A stretch of 54,558 nt of DNA from a virus (Duplodnaviria; Caudoviricetes): positions 1 to 54,558 of the IMG/VR virus record IMGVR_UViG_3300029142_000002; one strand, given 5' to 3'. Shown here one piece after another: positions 1 to 9,221 of this stretch (position 1 is its first letter; each line of letters begins with the position of its first letter). The notes below the pieces were generated by a model, which worked only from the letters and a program-made list of their open reading frames with translations, made no database searches and had not been told where the DNA came from. Made by a program: the position numbers and the translations under genes.

Positions 1-198
1 ACAAGAATAAAATGGGCAAAGTCCAGAACGATGATCGTGCGGATTGGACTGAAGCATGGGAATTATCGCCTGCTAATGTTGCTTACTGCTGGCATGCCGG
101 TCGGCATGCCAGTGAGGTGCAGACTAGCTTAGAAAGCGCAGGTTTTGAGATGCGTAGCCAAATTATATGGGCTAAAGACCGCATGGCGTTGAGTCGTG
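1..198. repeat. Terminal direct repeat, left copy (circular-assembly overlap)
   Basis: 1-198 matches 54351-54548 except a 2-nt difference (GT at 100-101 vs AC at 54450-54451). The MTase ORF reads continuously through the junction. Confidence 0.95.
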
Positions 199-557
199 GA
201 CATTATCACTGGCAGCACGAGCCGTGTTGGTATGCATTTAAGCCAGGGAAATCTGCTGATTATATTGGTGACAGAAAGCAAACCACTTTATGGAATATTC
301 CAGCAAGAGATGACTCCGGCTTGGGTCACGGCACCCAAAAGCCCCTAGAGTGTATGGAACGTCCAATCAGACACCATAAGGGCGATGTATACGAACCGTT
401 TGCAGGCAGCGGCACCACAATAGTAGCAGCAGAGCGCCAGAACCGCACGTGCTACGCGATAGAAATAGACCCAGGCTATGTGGCCGTAATACTTGAACGC
501 CTTTCCTTAATGGGACTTGAACCAGAGCTACAGACAGAGCTTGCAGCGGCGGCATGA
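1..557 (+). CDS. C-terminal part of ParB-N domain + N4/N6 DNA methyltransferase (starts at 53639 and wraps; ~422 aa)
   Basis: HGTQKP, EPFAGSGTT (motif I) and IEIDPGY here. DPPY and the ParB-like domain lie in 53639-54350 in the same frame. Confidence 0.9.
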   Translation, partial: KNKMGKVQNDDRADWTEAWELSPANVAYCWHAGRHASEVQTSLESAGFEMRSQIIWAKDRMALSRGHYHWQHEPCWYAFKPGKSADYIGDRKQTTLWNIPARDDSGLGHGTQKPLECMERPIRHHKGDVYEPFAGSGTTIVAAERQNRTCYAIEIDPGYVAVILERLSLMGLEPELQTELAAAA

Positions 558-967
558 GCAGGAAAACCAAACTAAATAGCGAAGTTCAGAAGAAAATATG
601 CGATGCACTACGGGCAGGTAATACGCGCCGCGCTTCCGCTGTTTATGCTGGTATTACTCATGCGACTTTCTATAACTGGATAAATACAGGCGAGAACCCT
701 CGCATAAAGAAAGACGGTGAGTCATATAAGGAGGATAAGCCTTTTATTGACTTTTTTGACGCAGTAACACGCGCAGAAGCAGAATGCGAGGTTTACCACG
801 TAGCCAATTTAAAGAGACATGCTGACACTGATTGGCGTGCTTCCGTCGAATGGCTTAAGCGCAGGAAGCCTCAAGAATGGTCGGAGAGGCACCACCTAGA
901 AACCAATGGCACACAAAGGATAATTGTAGAGTATGCAAGCGACGTTACCGACGATAACGTTTCCTAA
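554..967 (+). CDS. terS: Terminase small subunit (putative)
   Basis: HTH-like N-terminus and DWRASVEWLKRRKPQEW motif; directly upstream of and overlapping terL. Confidence 0.75.
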   Translation: MSRKTKLNSEVQKKICDALRAGNTRRASAVYAGITHATFYNWINTGENPRIKKDGESYKEDKPFIDFFDAVTRAEAECEVYHVANLKRHADTDWRASVEWLKRRKPQEWSERHHLETNGTQRIIVEYASDVTDDNVS

Positions 968-2141
968 GCCGCACGAAGCACAGCGGCTAATAATGAGGGA
1001 ATCTAAACGCTTCTCGGTGGTGAATTGTGGGCGTAGGTTTGGCAAAACAGTGCTTGGTATAAACCGCGTTTGTCTACCTGCTATCGAAGGAAAGCCTACT
1101 GCCTGGTTTGCACCCTCCTACAAGCTACTGGCAGAACCGTGGCGCGAGATACGAAAGATTCTTAAGCCTATTACCAAGCGCAGCAACGCCACCGAGAAAC
1201 GCATAGAACTAATTACAGGCGGTTCTGTCGATATGTGGTCACTAGACGACCAGGACGCGGCAAGGGGCTACAAGTACAAACGAGTGGTGGTTGATGAGGC
1301 TGCAATGGTTAAGAACCTGGAGGAGGCGTGGCAGGCAAGCATACGCCCTACCCTGGCAGACTATCAGGGCGACGGTTATTTCCTGTCCACGCCTAAAGGC
1401 ATGAATTTCTACTGGCAAATGTACCAGTGGGGCCAGGACCCACAGAAAGCCGACTGGATGAGCTGGACAATGCCAACAAGCGAGAGCCCGTTCATCGATC
1501 CTGTTGAGATTGATGCTATGTACCGCCAGATGCCAGAACGCCTGTTTCAGCAGGAGGTGTTAGCCGAGTTCATTGAGGACGCTGGTGTTGTATTTAGGCA
1601 CGTTAAAGATCGCGCTACTGCGACAAAGCAGGAAAAGGCTATCAAAGGACATCAATACGTTTTTGGCGTTGACTGGGGCAAACTAAAGGATTTTACGGTT
1701 ATTACGGTAATTGATAAGACTACTAAGCAGGAAGTCTACAAAGACCGGTTCAATCAGATTGATTACCAGGTGCAGCTATCGAGACTAAAAGCCTTATACG
1801 AGCGTTTTAAGCCTTATAAGATAGTTGCTGAGAAAAACAGCATGGGCGAGCCTTTAATTGAGCAACTCTACCGCTCTGGCATGCCTGTTGAGGCGTTTCT
1901 AACGACGAACGACAGTAAGGCGGCTATCATTGACGGTTTGGCGCTAGCATTTGAAAAGGATGATATCCAGATACTGGATGATTCTGTGACAATAGCAGAG
2001 CTGCAAGCTTACGAGGTTGAACGGTTGCCGTCTGGTAGGTTCAGATATAATGCACCAGAAGGCTTTCACGACGATACAGTAATGAGCATGGCGCTGGCAT
2101 GGTCAGAGGTTAGTAAACCTATGGACTGGCTGGTATGGTAA
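933..2141 (+). CDS. terL: Terminase large subunit
   Basis: Walker A GRRFGKT, Walker B VVVDEAA, STPKG coupling motif, nuclease GVDWG and HDDTVMS. Confidence 0.95.
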   Translation: MQATLPTITFPKPHEAQRLIMRESKRFSVVNCGRRFGKTVLGINRVCLPAIEGKPTAWFAPSYKLLAEPWREIRKILKPITKRSNATEKRIELITGGSVDMWSLDDQDAARGYKYKRVVVDEAAMVKNLEEAWQASIRPTLADYQGDGYFLSTPKGMNFYWQMYQWGQDPQKADWMSWTMPTSESPFIDPVEIDAMYRQMPERLFQQEVLAEFIEDAGVVFRHVKDRATATKQEKAIKGHQYVFGVDWGKLKDFTVITVIDKTTKQEVYKDRFNQIDYQVQLSRLKALYERFKPYKIVAEKNSMGEPLIEQLYRSGMPVEAFLTTNDSKAAIIDGLALAFEKDDIQILDDSVTIAELQAYEVERLPSGRFRYNAPEGFHDDTVMSMALAWSEVSKPMDWLVW

Positions 2142-2155
2142 ATAAATAAGGAATA

Positions 2156-3685
2156 ATGGCAGGCGTTAAAGTATTAGACACAAGAAACCCCCTTAAAGCA
2201 ACTTCGCTTAATACAATTCTTTCCTGGTTCAATCAGGACAAGAAAACAAAAGCGGACGTTACTACCCTATTCCATGAACAGGGATGGTTTCATAGGTGTG
2301 TTGATCTGCGCGCCAAGACCATCCAGAACATGCCGTGGAGTATAACAACCACCGGCAGCGATAAACCGATATGGAGCAGTGATGATGCGCAGGTGCCTGA
2401 CGAGCTGGCATTCGTTGAGCAGCTCCCGCGCTTTCTATACATGTGGGAGGCGGCGCTGGTTACTGTTGGCAAGGCGTATACGCTTAAGGAGTCGGACGGA
2501 CAGGACGACGGGCTGCACTATTTTAACCCTATCAAGATTGAGCCCGTAAAGACGAAAGAGCGCGGCATTGTGGCATATAAGCGACAGGTGAACGGGGAGC
2601 AGGAAATTTACTCTGCCGAAGACATGATAGCGCTGTTCCACCCTGACCCGTTTGTAGAGAATGGCCCAGCGTCACAGCAGGCAGGATTGCAGAACGCGAG
2701 GGTTTTGCGCGCATTAGACGGCTTTCTGGTGTCGTTTCTTGATAAAGGGCTGATAAAAGCCACGATATTAAGCGTTGAAGGAGGAGAGCATGCGCAGCCG
2801 GAACAGCTAGAGAAGCTTAAGAAGAGCTGGAAAAAGACGCTGGCAGGTTGGTTCAACGGTGGTGATCAGCATATCTTTAACAGTAAGATTAAGCCTATTC
2901 CTATTGGTGAGGGCTTAAATGATCTTAGTGACGCCAAGCTGACCAAGGACCAGCGAGAAGCTGTTTGCGCGGCTTTAGGTATTCCGCTATCGCTTATGAT
3001 GGGCAGCGCTGCCAACTTTGCCACAGCAGAGCAGGACCACGTGAACTATTACAGCTTCACGGCTATTCCTGAGGCTAAGTTCTTAATGCGTGAGCTGAAC
3101 AAACAGCTATTCTCCCCTGCTGGCTACGAACTGACGTTCCACCCGGAAAGGCTAGAAATCATTCAGCGCTACGAACTGGATAAGGCTGCCAAGGTGGTGC
3201 AGGTTGTCGGCGCCCCTGTGCTTACGCAGGACGAGGGTAGGGAATTGCTAGGATATCAGCCGCTGGGAGCCTCTGAGATCGTCATAGACGCACGCGAGGA
3301 AGAGCCTGCACAGATTAGCGCAGGAGACGAGGATATGAGCCAGGAGGACGAGCAGAAAGCAATCGAGGATATTGTGCGGCGTGTTCTTGAGGAGCAAAAG
3401 CCTAAAGAGGTGGTTACCGATTGGAAAGTGGCAGGTGGTGATTTGCTTTATGCAGTTAGTAAGGGTACGGGTGGTGTTGTTGAAATGCCTGTAATTAATC
3501 ACGGCATTACCTCATATGATGCAGACCTAAAGAACTGGCGCCGCAAAATCAGCAAGAAAGACAATAGGCAGGTAAAGTTTAACCCGGACCACCTTAGCGC
3601 CTACGAAACAGCCATAATAAAGCAGCGGCTGGAGACAGATATGCCGCTTGATGAGGTATTCGACCCGCCTTTTGTGGGTTTTTAG
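2156..3685 (+). CDS. Portal protein with C-terminal extension
   Basis: Follows terL; HK97-type portal motifs (VCAALGIP, NFATAE, LTQDEGRELLGY). Ends on slippery G GGT TTT TAG. Confidence 0.9.
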   Translation: MAGVKVLDTRNPLKATSLNTILSWFNQDKKTKADVTTLFHEQGWFHRCVDLRAKTIQNMPWSITTTGSDKPIWSSDDAQVPDELAFVEQLPRFLYMWEAALVTVGKAYTLKESDGQDDGLHYFNPIKIEPVKTKERGIVAYKRQVNGEQEIYSAEDMIALFHPDPFVENGPASQQAGLQNARVLRALDGFLVSFLDKGLIKATILSVEGGEHAQPEQLEKLKKSWKKTLAGWFNGGDQHIFNSKIKPIPIGEGLNDLSDAKLTKDQREAVCAALGIPLSLMMGSAANFATAEQDHVNYYSFTAIPEAKFLMRELNKQLFSPAGYELTFHPERLEIIQRYELDKAAKVVQVVGAPVLTQDEGRELLGYQPLGASEIVIDAREEEPAQISAGDEDMSQEDEQKAIEDIVRRVLEEQKPKEVVTDWKVAGGDLLYAVSKGTGGVVEMPVINHGITSYDADLKNWRRKISKKDNRQVKFNPDHLSAYETAIIKQRLETDMPLDEVFDPPFVGF

Positions 3686-3737
3686 AGGCTCCTGCAAAAC
3701 ACTATCCAGGGTATGCAGAGAGCTTAAGGACGCTGGA
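3676..3737 (+). promoter_or_regulatory. Candidate -1 ribosomal frameshift signal (slippery heptamer plus stem-loop/pseudoknot) joining portal to MuF
   Basis: G_GGT_TTT at 3676-3682 in portal phase. Stem AGGCTC-CTGCA (3686-3696) pairs with TGCAG-A-GAGCTT (3714-3725). Loop TCCAG is complementary to CTGGA at 3733-3737. Confidence 0.65.
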
Positions 3738-3900
3738 AATCTGTGGTAATCACAGAGGAAACTATCTTTTAAGAGGTGGTGATTACGTAAAGGCTAATGC
3801 AGTTAATGAATGGAAAGCCATAGAAACCCTACGCCAACCGCATTACAGCAACACAGCACCTATCATTGAGCAGTTCTTTGACGAGCAGGAAGCGGCTATT

Positions 3901-4518
3901 ATGCCAGAGATCAAAACAGTAGACTTTTCTACCCTGTTTGATTTCTCCCGATGGGCGCGGCGTTTCATTGAGGTGCTGTCTGCATCAATCAGGCAGGCAA
4001 TCGATTCCGGCAAGCTGGCAGGAGGCTTAAGGGCTAACTTGACAGCAGAGCAGATAGAAGATATTCCTATCCAGTACGAGATTATTGCGCGCCAGGTAGC
4101 GCGTAGTGAACTGGTAAACCGCGAAACTGAGAAGCAGGTAACAAGCCTTCTAATCAGTATGACGCAGGAGAATGCAAGCCAGCAGGAAATGCAAAGGGCG
4201 CTGCGTAGACTGTTTGAGGGTTACAAAAAGTGGCGGGTTGACAGGATAACCAATACTGTTGTTGTAGGGGCTTTTGAGGCTGGACAGCTAGAGAGCTGGA
4301 AAGCTGCTGGCATACCGTCAAAGATCTGGATTTCTACGGCTGACGATCGTGTGCGTGAGGACCATGATTCGCGTGTACATACACGCCTATCTGAGCCAAT
4401 CGATATAAACTTACCCTTTGAGGTTGGTAATAGCTTGCTGCAGCATCCTGGTGATCCTGCAGGCCCTGCTAATCAGGTCATTAACTGCCGGTGCACAATG
4501 GCACCGTTTATAGAATGA
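3901..4518 (+). CDS. MuF/SPP1 gp7-like minor head protein (frame open from 3655, probably reached by frameshift)
   Basis: KIWISTADDRVREDH ... HPGDPAGPANQVINCRC motif; 82 sense codons upstream of the first ATG. Confidence 0.85.
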   Translation: MPEIKTVDFSTLFDFSRWARRFIEVLSASIRQAIDSGKLAGGLRANLTAEQIEDIPIQYEIIARQVARSELVNRETEKQVTSLLISMTQENASQQEMQRALRRLFEGYKKWRVDRITNTVVVGAFEAGQLESWKAAGIPSKIWISTADDRVREDHDSRVHTRLSEPIDINLPFEVGNSLLQHPGDPAGPANQVINCRCTMAPFIE

Positions 4519-4856
4519 GCTATGACTTTTACAAATATCATGAGTTTATACCTACCCATGAAAGGGTAAGGGATGGTGCTTTTTGGCTAGATTTTCAGTA
4601 TCCAGGCTGGGCAGAGAAAATTAACGGGCCTAGCATTGAGTCAAAAACAGAATGTATTCTATGTCAAGTTACGGGGATTCCTGATTGGAAAATTGCAAAA
4701 CAGCATTTAGGGCTTGAGCAGGACGACTCAGTAATGTATGGTTTCGAGAAGATGCAATGCTATGAAAGCGGCGGCGAATTAATTACCGATAGTTACGAAG
4801 ATCTTGATGTTTCATGGTTGAAGGAGATTAATAGGCGGACACAAGCACCGAAATGA
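4515..4856 (+). CDS. Hypothetical protein
   Basis: ATGA overlap with the MuF stop; start moved from 4491 to the ATG at 4515. Confidence 0.6.
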   Translation: MSYDFYKYHEFIPTHERVRDGAFWLDFQYPGWAEKINGPSIESKTECILCQVTGIPDWKIAKQHLGLEQDDSVMYGFEKMQCYESGGELITDSYEDLDVSWLKEINRRTQAPK

Positions 4857-4947
4857 TTGAACTAGGACTTACATTATTCGCTTTCTTTGTATTGTGGCTT
4901 ATGTCTGGTGACAAGCCAAAGCATACTAATAATCGAGGTACGTTTTA

Positions 4948-5418
4948 GTGAACAGGCGAGATATACTAAAGGCTTTTTCGATACTGCCGTTTGTCGGTCC
5001 TCTGAAGCTAGGCGAGCCAGAACAAAAAGCAGTATCAACTGATATTGTGCCTGTTGAGGTTAGCTATGAGGCGATTAATAAGGCTGATATAGTTGGCTAT
5101 GTAGAAGGAGTACCAGCGAAGGATATCACATTACACTTTAATCGTGACTCTGCATTTCCTTCTGCCGCTTTGTTTGCCTTACAATCTTATGAGGTTGAGG
5201 TAGAACTATTTGAACCGTCTGAATTGTTAGAATCAAAGGCGTTTGCAACTACTTCTGCAGGAAGCACAGTCACATGGAAAGCATTCCCTCGGAGTGGTGG
5301 TACATATACAGGTGAAGGCAGGGTCGTTGAGTACAATTTAGATGTACCACATAATGCACCGGAAAGGTGTACCCTGTTGATTCAAGGCATTGGTTCATAT
5401 ACAACGTATGCAGAATGA
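4948..5418 (+). CDS. Tail-tube-like domain protein with twin-arginine-like N-terminus
   Basis: N-terminus MNRRDILK; C-terminal half aligns by eye with the tube protein at 9631-10092; GAGG RBS upstream. Confidence 0.6.
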   Translation: MNRRDILKAFSILPFVGPLKLGEPEQKAVSTDIVPVEVSYEAINKADIVGYVEGVPAKDITLHFNRDSAFPSAALFALQSYEVEVELFEPSELLESKAFATTSAGSTVTWKAFPRSGGTYTGEGRVVEYNLDVPHNAPERCTLLIQGIGSYTTYAE

Positions 5419-5651
5419 CCCCAGCCGAAAAGCTAAATATGGTCCTTGTTAACGGTGGCCTACCTGAGCTTACAGAAGGCGAGGTTAAGCGTGCGCACCG
5501 TTATATGCGCCTGCTCAAGGCTGGTGTTATTGACACCATCGTTCAAAGGCGGGACGAGAAGGATAAGAATGGTGATTTGCGGATTATGGCAACGCAAATT
5601 ATAAAAGACCGCTCATTGTTACAGCTTGTTAAGGACAAGCTTGGTAATTGA
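5415..5651 (+). CDS. Hypothetical protein
   Basis: ATGA overlap with the previous stop; ATG at 5415 is in frame with the listed ORF. Confidence 0.6.
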   Translation: MTPAEKLNMVLVNGGLPELTEGEVKRAHRYMRLLKAGVIDTIVQRRDEKDKNGDLRIMATQIIKDRSLLQLVKDKLGN

Positions 5652-5781
5652 AACATATGTGCATTTAGTGTATATTTAGAACTGCAGGACGGGCACACGT
5701 AAAGCGTGAAAACCTGTCTTGCTTGAAATTGACTATTAGTCCATAAGGGACGCTTTGCCAATCGGCGAGGTGTCCTTTTTT
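5652..5781 (+). promoter_or_regulatory. Putative late promoter and structured leader of the capsid gene
   Basis: AACATATGTGCA-N6-GTATATT, also seen near 41905; hairpin 5684-5722; 15-bp GU-rich hairpin with T-run at 5745-5781. Confidence 0.5.
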
Positions 5782-5787
5782 ACGTTT

Positions 5788-7665
5788 ATGGAAAATCTAG
5801 AATTGGATACAGTTGTCTGGTACGGTGGCGAAGTCAAAGCGCTAGACGACGAAGGGAAAGTAGGTGGCTATCTGGTACGCTTTTCAACAGCAAGCGACCC
5901 CGACTTAGCCGGTGACTACTTTACGAAAGATACCGACTTCGGTTTTGCAACCAAGTCCACTGTTCTTTATCACCACGGCATGGATAAAACCATTAAAAGC
6001 CGCGATTTGGCAGTTGGCGAGCTAAAGATTGATGATGTAGGTGTCTGGATTGAAGGTCAGCTCAAGATGCGTGATGAGTATGAAAAGGCAATATTCGAAA
6101 TGGCAAAGGCGGGTAAGCTCGGCTGGTCATCTGGTACGGCTTCTCATCTTGTATCTCGCAAATCGGTAGGCAGCGCCACCGAGATACTGTCGTGGCCGCT
6201 TGGCTTAGACGCAAGCCTCACCCCTACCCCATGCGAGCCACGTACGCAGGCTATTCCCTTAAAATCACTGAATATCGAAGGTATTTCACTCGAAGTGCCT
6301 ACAAACGCAGAGCTTGAAAGCTCAGAGACAGAGAATGCAGAGGTTGATTCGCTATCGACGGACATTCCTGTAGTAGAAGAAAGCAATGCGGAGCCAACAG
6401 CATCGGCTAACGATGCAACAACCGCAGAACAACAAATGGAAAATACCACACCGCAGGCTGACGACCAGGTGCAGGAAACCCCTGCTATTGAGGTTGAAAA
6501 GCCCGCAGAGACTAAGTCTCAAGAACCATCAAGGATTATCGTTCCTACGCAGAACGTTACTATTCCCCTTGATCAGTACAACGCGCTTATCCAGCAGGAA
6601 GCAAAAGCTTACTCGCAAGAGCCTAAGCGCATCGTTAAGGCGTCCCACGACATTTCTACAGCGAACGTTAACCTGAAGACAGGACTTGGCGACAGCGAAC
6701 AGAAATCAATCGCACACTGGATAAAAACCGGTGACTGGGGCGCAGTAAGCCACATGAAAGCAACCAACGCCACAGGGCAGCAGGTTCTTTCAATCAAGGC
6801 TTCTAATGATACCGACATGAACGTTGGCACTGCTGCCGATGGTGGAAACGCTGTTCCTACGGGGCACTTTCAGAACATCGTAGCGCGCCGTGATGAAATG
6901 ATGCTGGCTAACCGCCTAGGCGTTCAAAACATCCCAGGCGTTGGCACTACTGTTAACGTGCCTGTTGATGCAGAGGATGACGGCGAGTTCGTTTCAACGG
7001 CAGAAGCAGCAGCTAACGACCGTGACGCTCCAGCGCTCGGTACGGTAGCGATGACGCTGGCCAAGTACACGAAGCGTGTAGAATTTAGCGACGAACTACT
7101 GCAGGATGAAGATAGCCGCCTCATGTCATTCATCGAGAACTTTATCTCTCGTGGCATGGCGAAGACGCACAATGATCTTTTGATCACTGAAGTCGAAACC
7201 AACGGCACAAGCCTCAAGTCCTTTGCAGGCACAGCCGCAATCGCAGCCGGTGAGATTCAGGACATCACATTCAATGATAACCTGGCCTACTACCTGGATG
7301 ATTCTGCCTCTGTAGCATGGGTTACACGCCCTGCGACATATGGAGAGATCATCTCTATTCAGGGTAATGAGTTCATTTACGACACCAATCCACAAGGATC
7401 TAGTGTCGCAACCAATGGCGCCAAAGGCATTTTGGCTCAGTATCCGGTGCATTTCTCGAACAAGGTTGAGACGCTTGCCATAGGCAACAAGTCGATCCTG
7501 TTTGGTAACTGGTTCTATGTAGGTGTTCGTAACGCTCCTGAGTTCCAGGTGCTGCGCGATCCTTACTCAGCAGCCACCACAGGCCAGCTTCGCCTTCACT
7601 ACTACTTCCGCACGGTGTACAAAGTACTCCAGGCCGAAGCAATTGGGTACGGCGAACAAGCATAG
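5788..7665 (+). CDS. Prohead protease - major capsid protein fusion (HK97 fold)
   Basis: N-terminal protease (DLAGDYF, VLYHHG, LGWSSG, DASLTPTP), acidic linker, HK97 capsid motifs (GGNAVP, ILFGNW, VLRDPYS). ATG at 5788 preferred to TTG at 5755. Confidence 0.92.
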   Translation: MENLELDTVVWYGGEVKALDDEGKVGGYLVRFSTASDPDLAGDYFTKDTDFGFATKSTVLYHHGMDKTIKSRDLAVGELKIDDVGVWIEGQLKMRDEYEKAIFEMAKAGKLGWSSGTASHLVSRKSVGSATEILSWPLGLDASLTPTPCEPRTQAIPLKSLNIEGISLEVPTNAELESSETENAEVDSLSTDIPVVEESNAEPTASANDATTAEQQMENTTPQADDQVQETPAIEVEKPAETKSQEPSRIIVPTQNVTIPLDQYNALIQQEAKAYSQEPKRIVKASHDISTANVNLKTGLGDSEQKSIAHWIKTGDWGAVSHMKATNATGQQVLSIKASNDTDMNVGTAADGGNAVPTGHFQNIVARRDEMMLANRLGVQNIPGVGTTVNVPVDAEDDGEFVSTAEAAANDRDAPALGTVAMTLAKYTKRVEFSDELLQDEDSRLMSFIENFISRGMAKTHNDLLITEVETNGTSLKSFAGTAAIAAGEIQDITFNDNLAYYLDDSASVAWVTRPATYGEIISIQGNEFIYDTNPQGSSVATNGAKGILAQYPVHFSNKVETLAIGNKSILFGNWFYVGVRNAPEFQVLRDPYSAATTGQLRLHYYFRTVYKVLQAEAIGYGEQA

Positions 7666-7680
7666 TAATTGAGGGACAAC

Positions 7681-7698
7681 GGGAGCCTTCGGGCTCCC
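7681..7698 (+). terminator. UUCG-tetraloop hairpin after the capsid gene
   Basis: GGGAGCC-TTCG-GGCTCCC with only a weak U-tract, so it may be a stabiliser rather than a terminator. Confidence 0.5.
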
Positions 7699-7718
7699 AC
7701 CTTCAAAAGAGAAGCACC

Positions 7719-7892
7719 ATGAAAGTAAAGTGTGTTAGAAGCTGTTCAGGGCCTGGTATCAATCTCGCTTTTGGTCGTGAATATGATCTTACAGCGGAGC
7801 AGATCAAGGCTGTTGGCGCGTCGGTGGAGGTAATCGAAACCAAGAAGCCAGCGCCTAAAAAGGCACCAGCTAAAGCGGCTAAGAAGAAGTGA
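7719..7892 (+). CDS. Small Lys/Ala-rich head-associated protein (57 aa, not in the ORF track)
   Basis: Translated by hand as MKVKCVRSCSGPGINLAFG...KKAPAKAAKKK; typical position after the capsid gene; GTGA overlap with the next gene. Confidence 0.7.
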   Translation: MKVKCVRSCSGPGINLAFGREYDLTAEQIKAVGASVEVIETKKPAPKKAPAKAAKKK

Positions 7893-8428
7893 TAGACGTT
7901 ACCACCATAACGGCAGGAAGCAACCTTGTGTCAGTGCAGGAAGCAAAGGATTATCTAAACCTCGATGCGGATTATCCTGAGCTTGTAATGCTGATTAAAG
8001 GCGTTCAAGAAAAGGCAGAAGCCTACTGCGCGCGTAGCTTTACGAGTAGAACCCTTGAATTAAGGCTGGACTACTTAGAAAGCGATGTGCTAACGCTCCC
8101 CCGTTATCCGGTAACATCGATCACCTCTGTTAAGACGCTTGATGAGTCGGACGTTGAGACAACGATAGCAAGCTCAACCTACTACCTCGCTGACCAGGAG
8201 CGGCTCGTGTTTACCACGTCGCCAGAGGTTCAGCGTGACTTCGGCGGTTTGCTCATCCGTTTCGTGTGCGGCGATTCTACGCAGGCGCCCAGCTCTATTA
8301 AGGCGGGCATATTAAAAGCCGTGTCAACGGTATTTGAAAACCGGGAAGATTACGTGATCGGTTCAGCCGTTTCTCGTCTTCCTGATAGCTCAAAAACGTT
8401 CTTTGATACCTGGAGGACGCTATGCTAA
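7889..8428 (+). CDS. Head-tail connector (HK97 gp6-like)
   Basis: LVSVQEAKDYLNLD, AEAYCARSF, LPRYPVTSITSV, FENRE; synteny. Confidence 0.85.
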   Translation: MIDVTTITAGSNLVSVQEAKDYLNLDADYPELVMLIKGVQEKAEAYCARSFTSRTLELRLDYLESDVLTLPRYPVTSITSVKTLDESDVETTIASSTYYLADQERLVFTTSPEVQRDFGGLLIRFVCGDSTQAPSSIKAGILKAVSTVFENREDYVIGSAVSRLPDSSKTFFDTWRTLC

Positions 8429-8766
8429 GATCTGGTTCATTGCGTGAGACGCTGACGCTGCAAGTCAAGACAATCACGAAAGACCAGTATCACGAGAATA
8501 GCGAAACATGGTCAGATGTGACGAATGTGTGCGCAAGCGTGCAGCCGCTTGCTGCTAGCGAACAGGTGAAAGCGGATCGTCTAGAGACACAGCAGCGGCT
8601 TGTTATTACGATGCGCTATCGTACTGGCGTTACGGTCAAAAACAGGTTTACGCATAACGATTGCGGCACTATTAAAGCCTACGACATTGTCAGTGTCAAC
8701 AATCGAGATGGTCGAAACCGGGTCCTTGACATTGTAGCGCTTTACGAGCAAGACAATGCGGTATAA
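8422..8766 (+). CDS. Head closure/adaptor protein (SPP1 gp16-like)
   Basis: SGSLRETLTLQ ... ITMRYRTGV ... YDIVSV pattern; synteny. Confidence 0.85.
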   Translation: MLRSGSLRETLTLQVKTITKDQYHENSETWSDVTNVCASVQPLAASEQVKADRLETQQRLVITMRYRTGVTVKNRFTHNDCGTIKAYDIVSVNNRDGRNRVLDIVALYEQDNAV

Positions 8767-8768
8767 CT

Positions 8769-9221
8769 GTGGCAAGCTTTAGAGTTGAAGTCAAGGGTAT
8801 TGAGGCGGCAAAAAAGAAGCTAGGCGCCGAAGCTGATAAGTTTCTAAGGGAGGCTGACCGCAAGTTTAAGGTTGCTGGCACGCGCATGGAGTTTTATGCA
8901 AAGTCTAGTGCTCCTGTTGATACCGGTTTTCATAGGCGCAGTATTAGACACGTGCCCAACTCGCCTTTCTTGTCAACCATACTGATAGCTGCAGCTAAAT
9001 ATGCCTCGGTTCTTGAGTTCGGTTTTTTTGGCTTTGTCTCTGTCTCAGCGCATACGCGCGTGATCACACAGGCTTTCGGTAGGCCACTATCAGGACCTGT
9101 TCAAGTTCAGGTAGATAGCCACATAAGGCCAATGAGCAGACCAGCAAGGCCGCATATCAGGCCAGCAGCAGAACGTGCTTTAGAGCAGCTAATAACAGAT
9201 TTGCAAGGTATTCAGATATGA
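8769..9221 (+). CDS. HK97 gp10-like neck/tail protein
   Basis: APVDTG, YASVLEFG and ARPHIRPA motifs. Confidence 0.85.
   Translation: MASFRVEVKGIEAAKKKLGAEADKFLREADRKFKVAGTRMEFYAKSSAPVDTGFHRRSIRHVPNSPFLSTILIAAAKYASVLEFGFFGFVSVSAHTRVITQAFGRPLSGPVQVQVDSHIRPMSRPARPHIRPAAERALEQLITDLQGIQI

Noticed and set aside
1-198. Terminal repeat as a true physical direct terminal repeat
   Set aside because: It falls mid-gene and ends in a primer tag, which fits an assembly overlap of a circular or permuted genome better.
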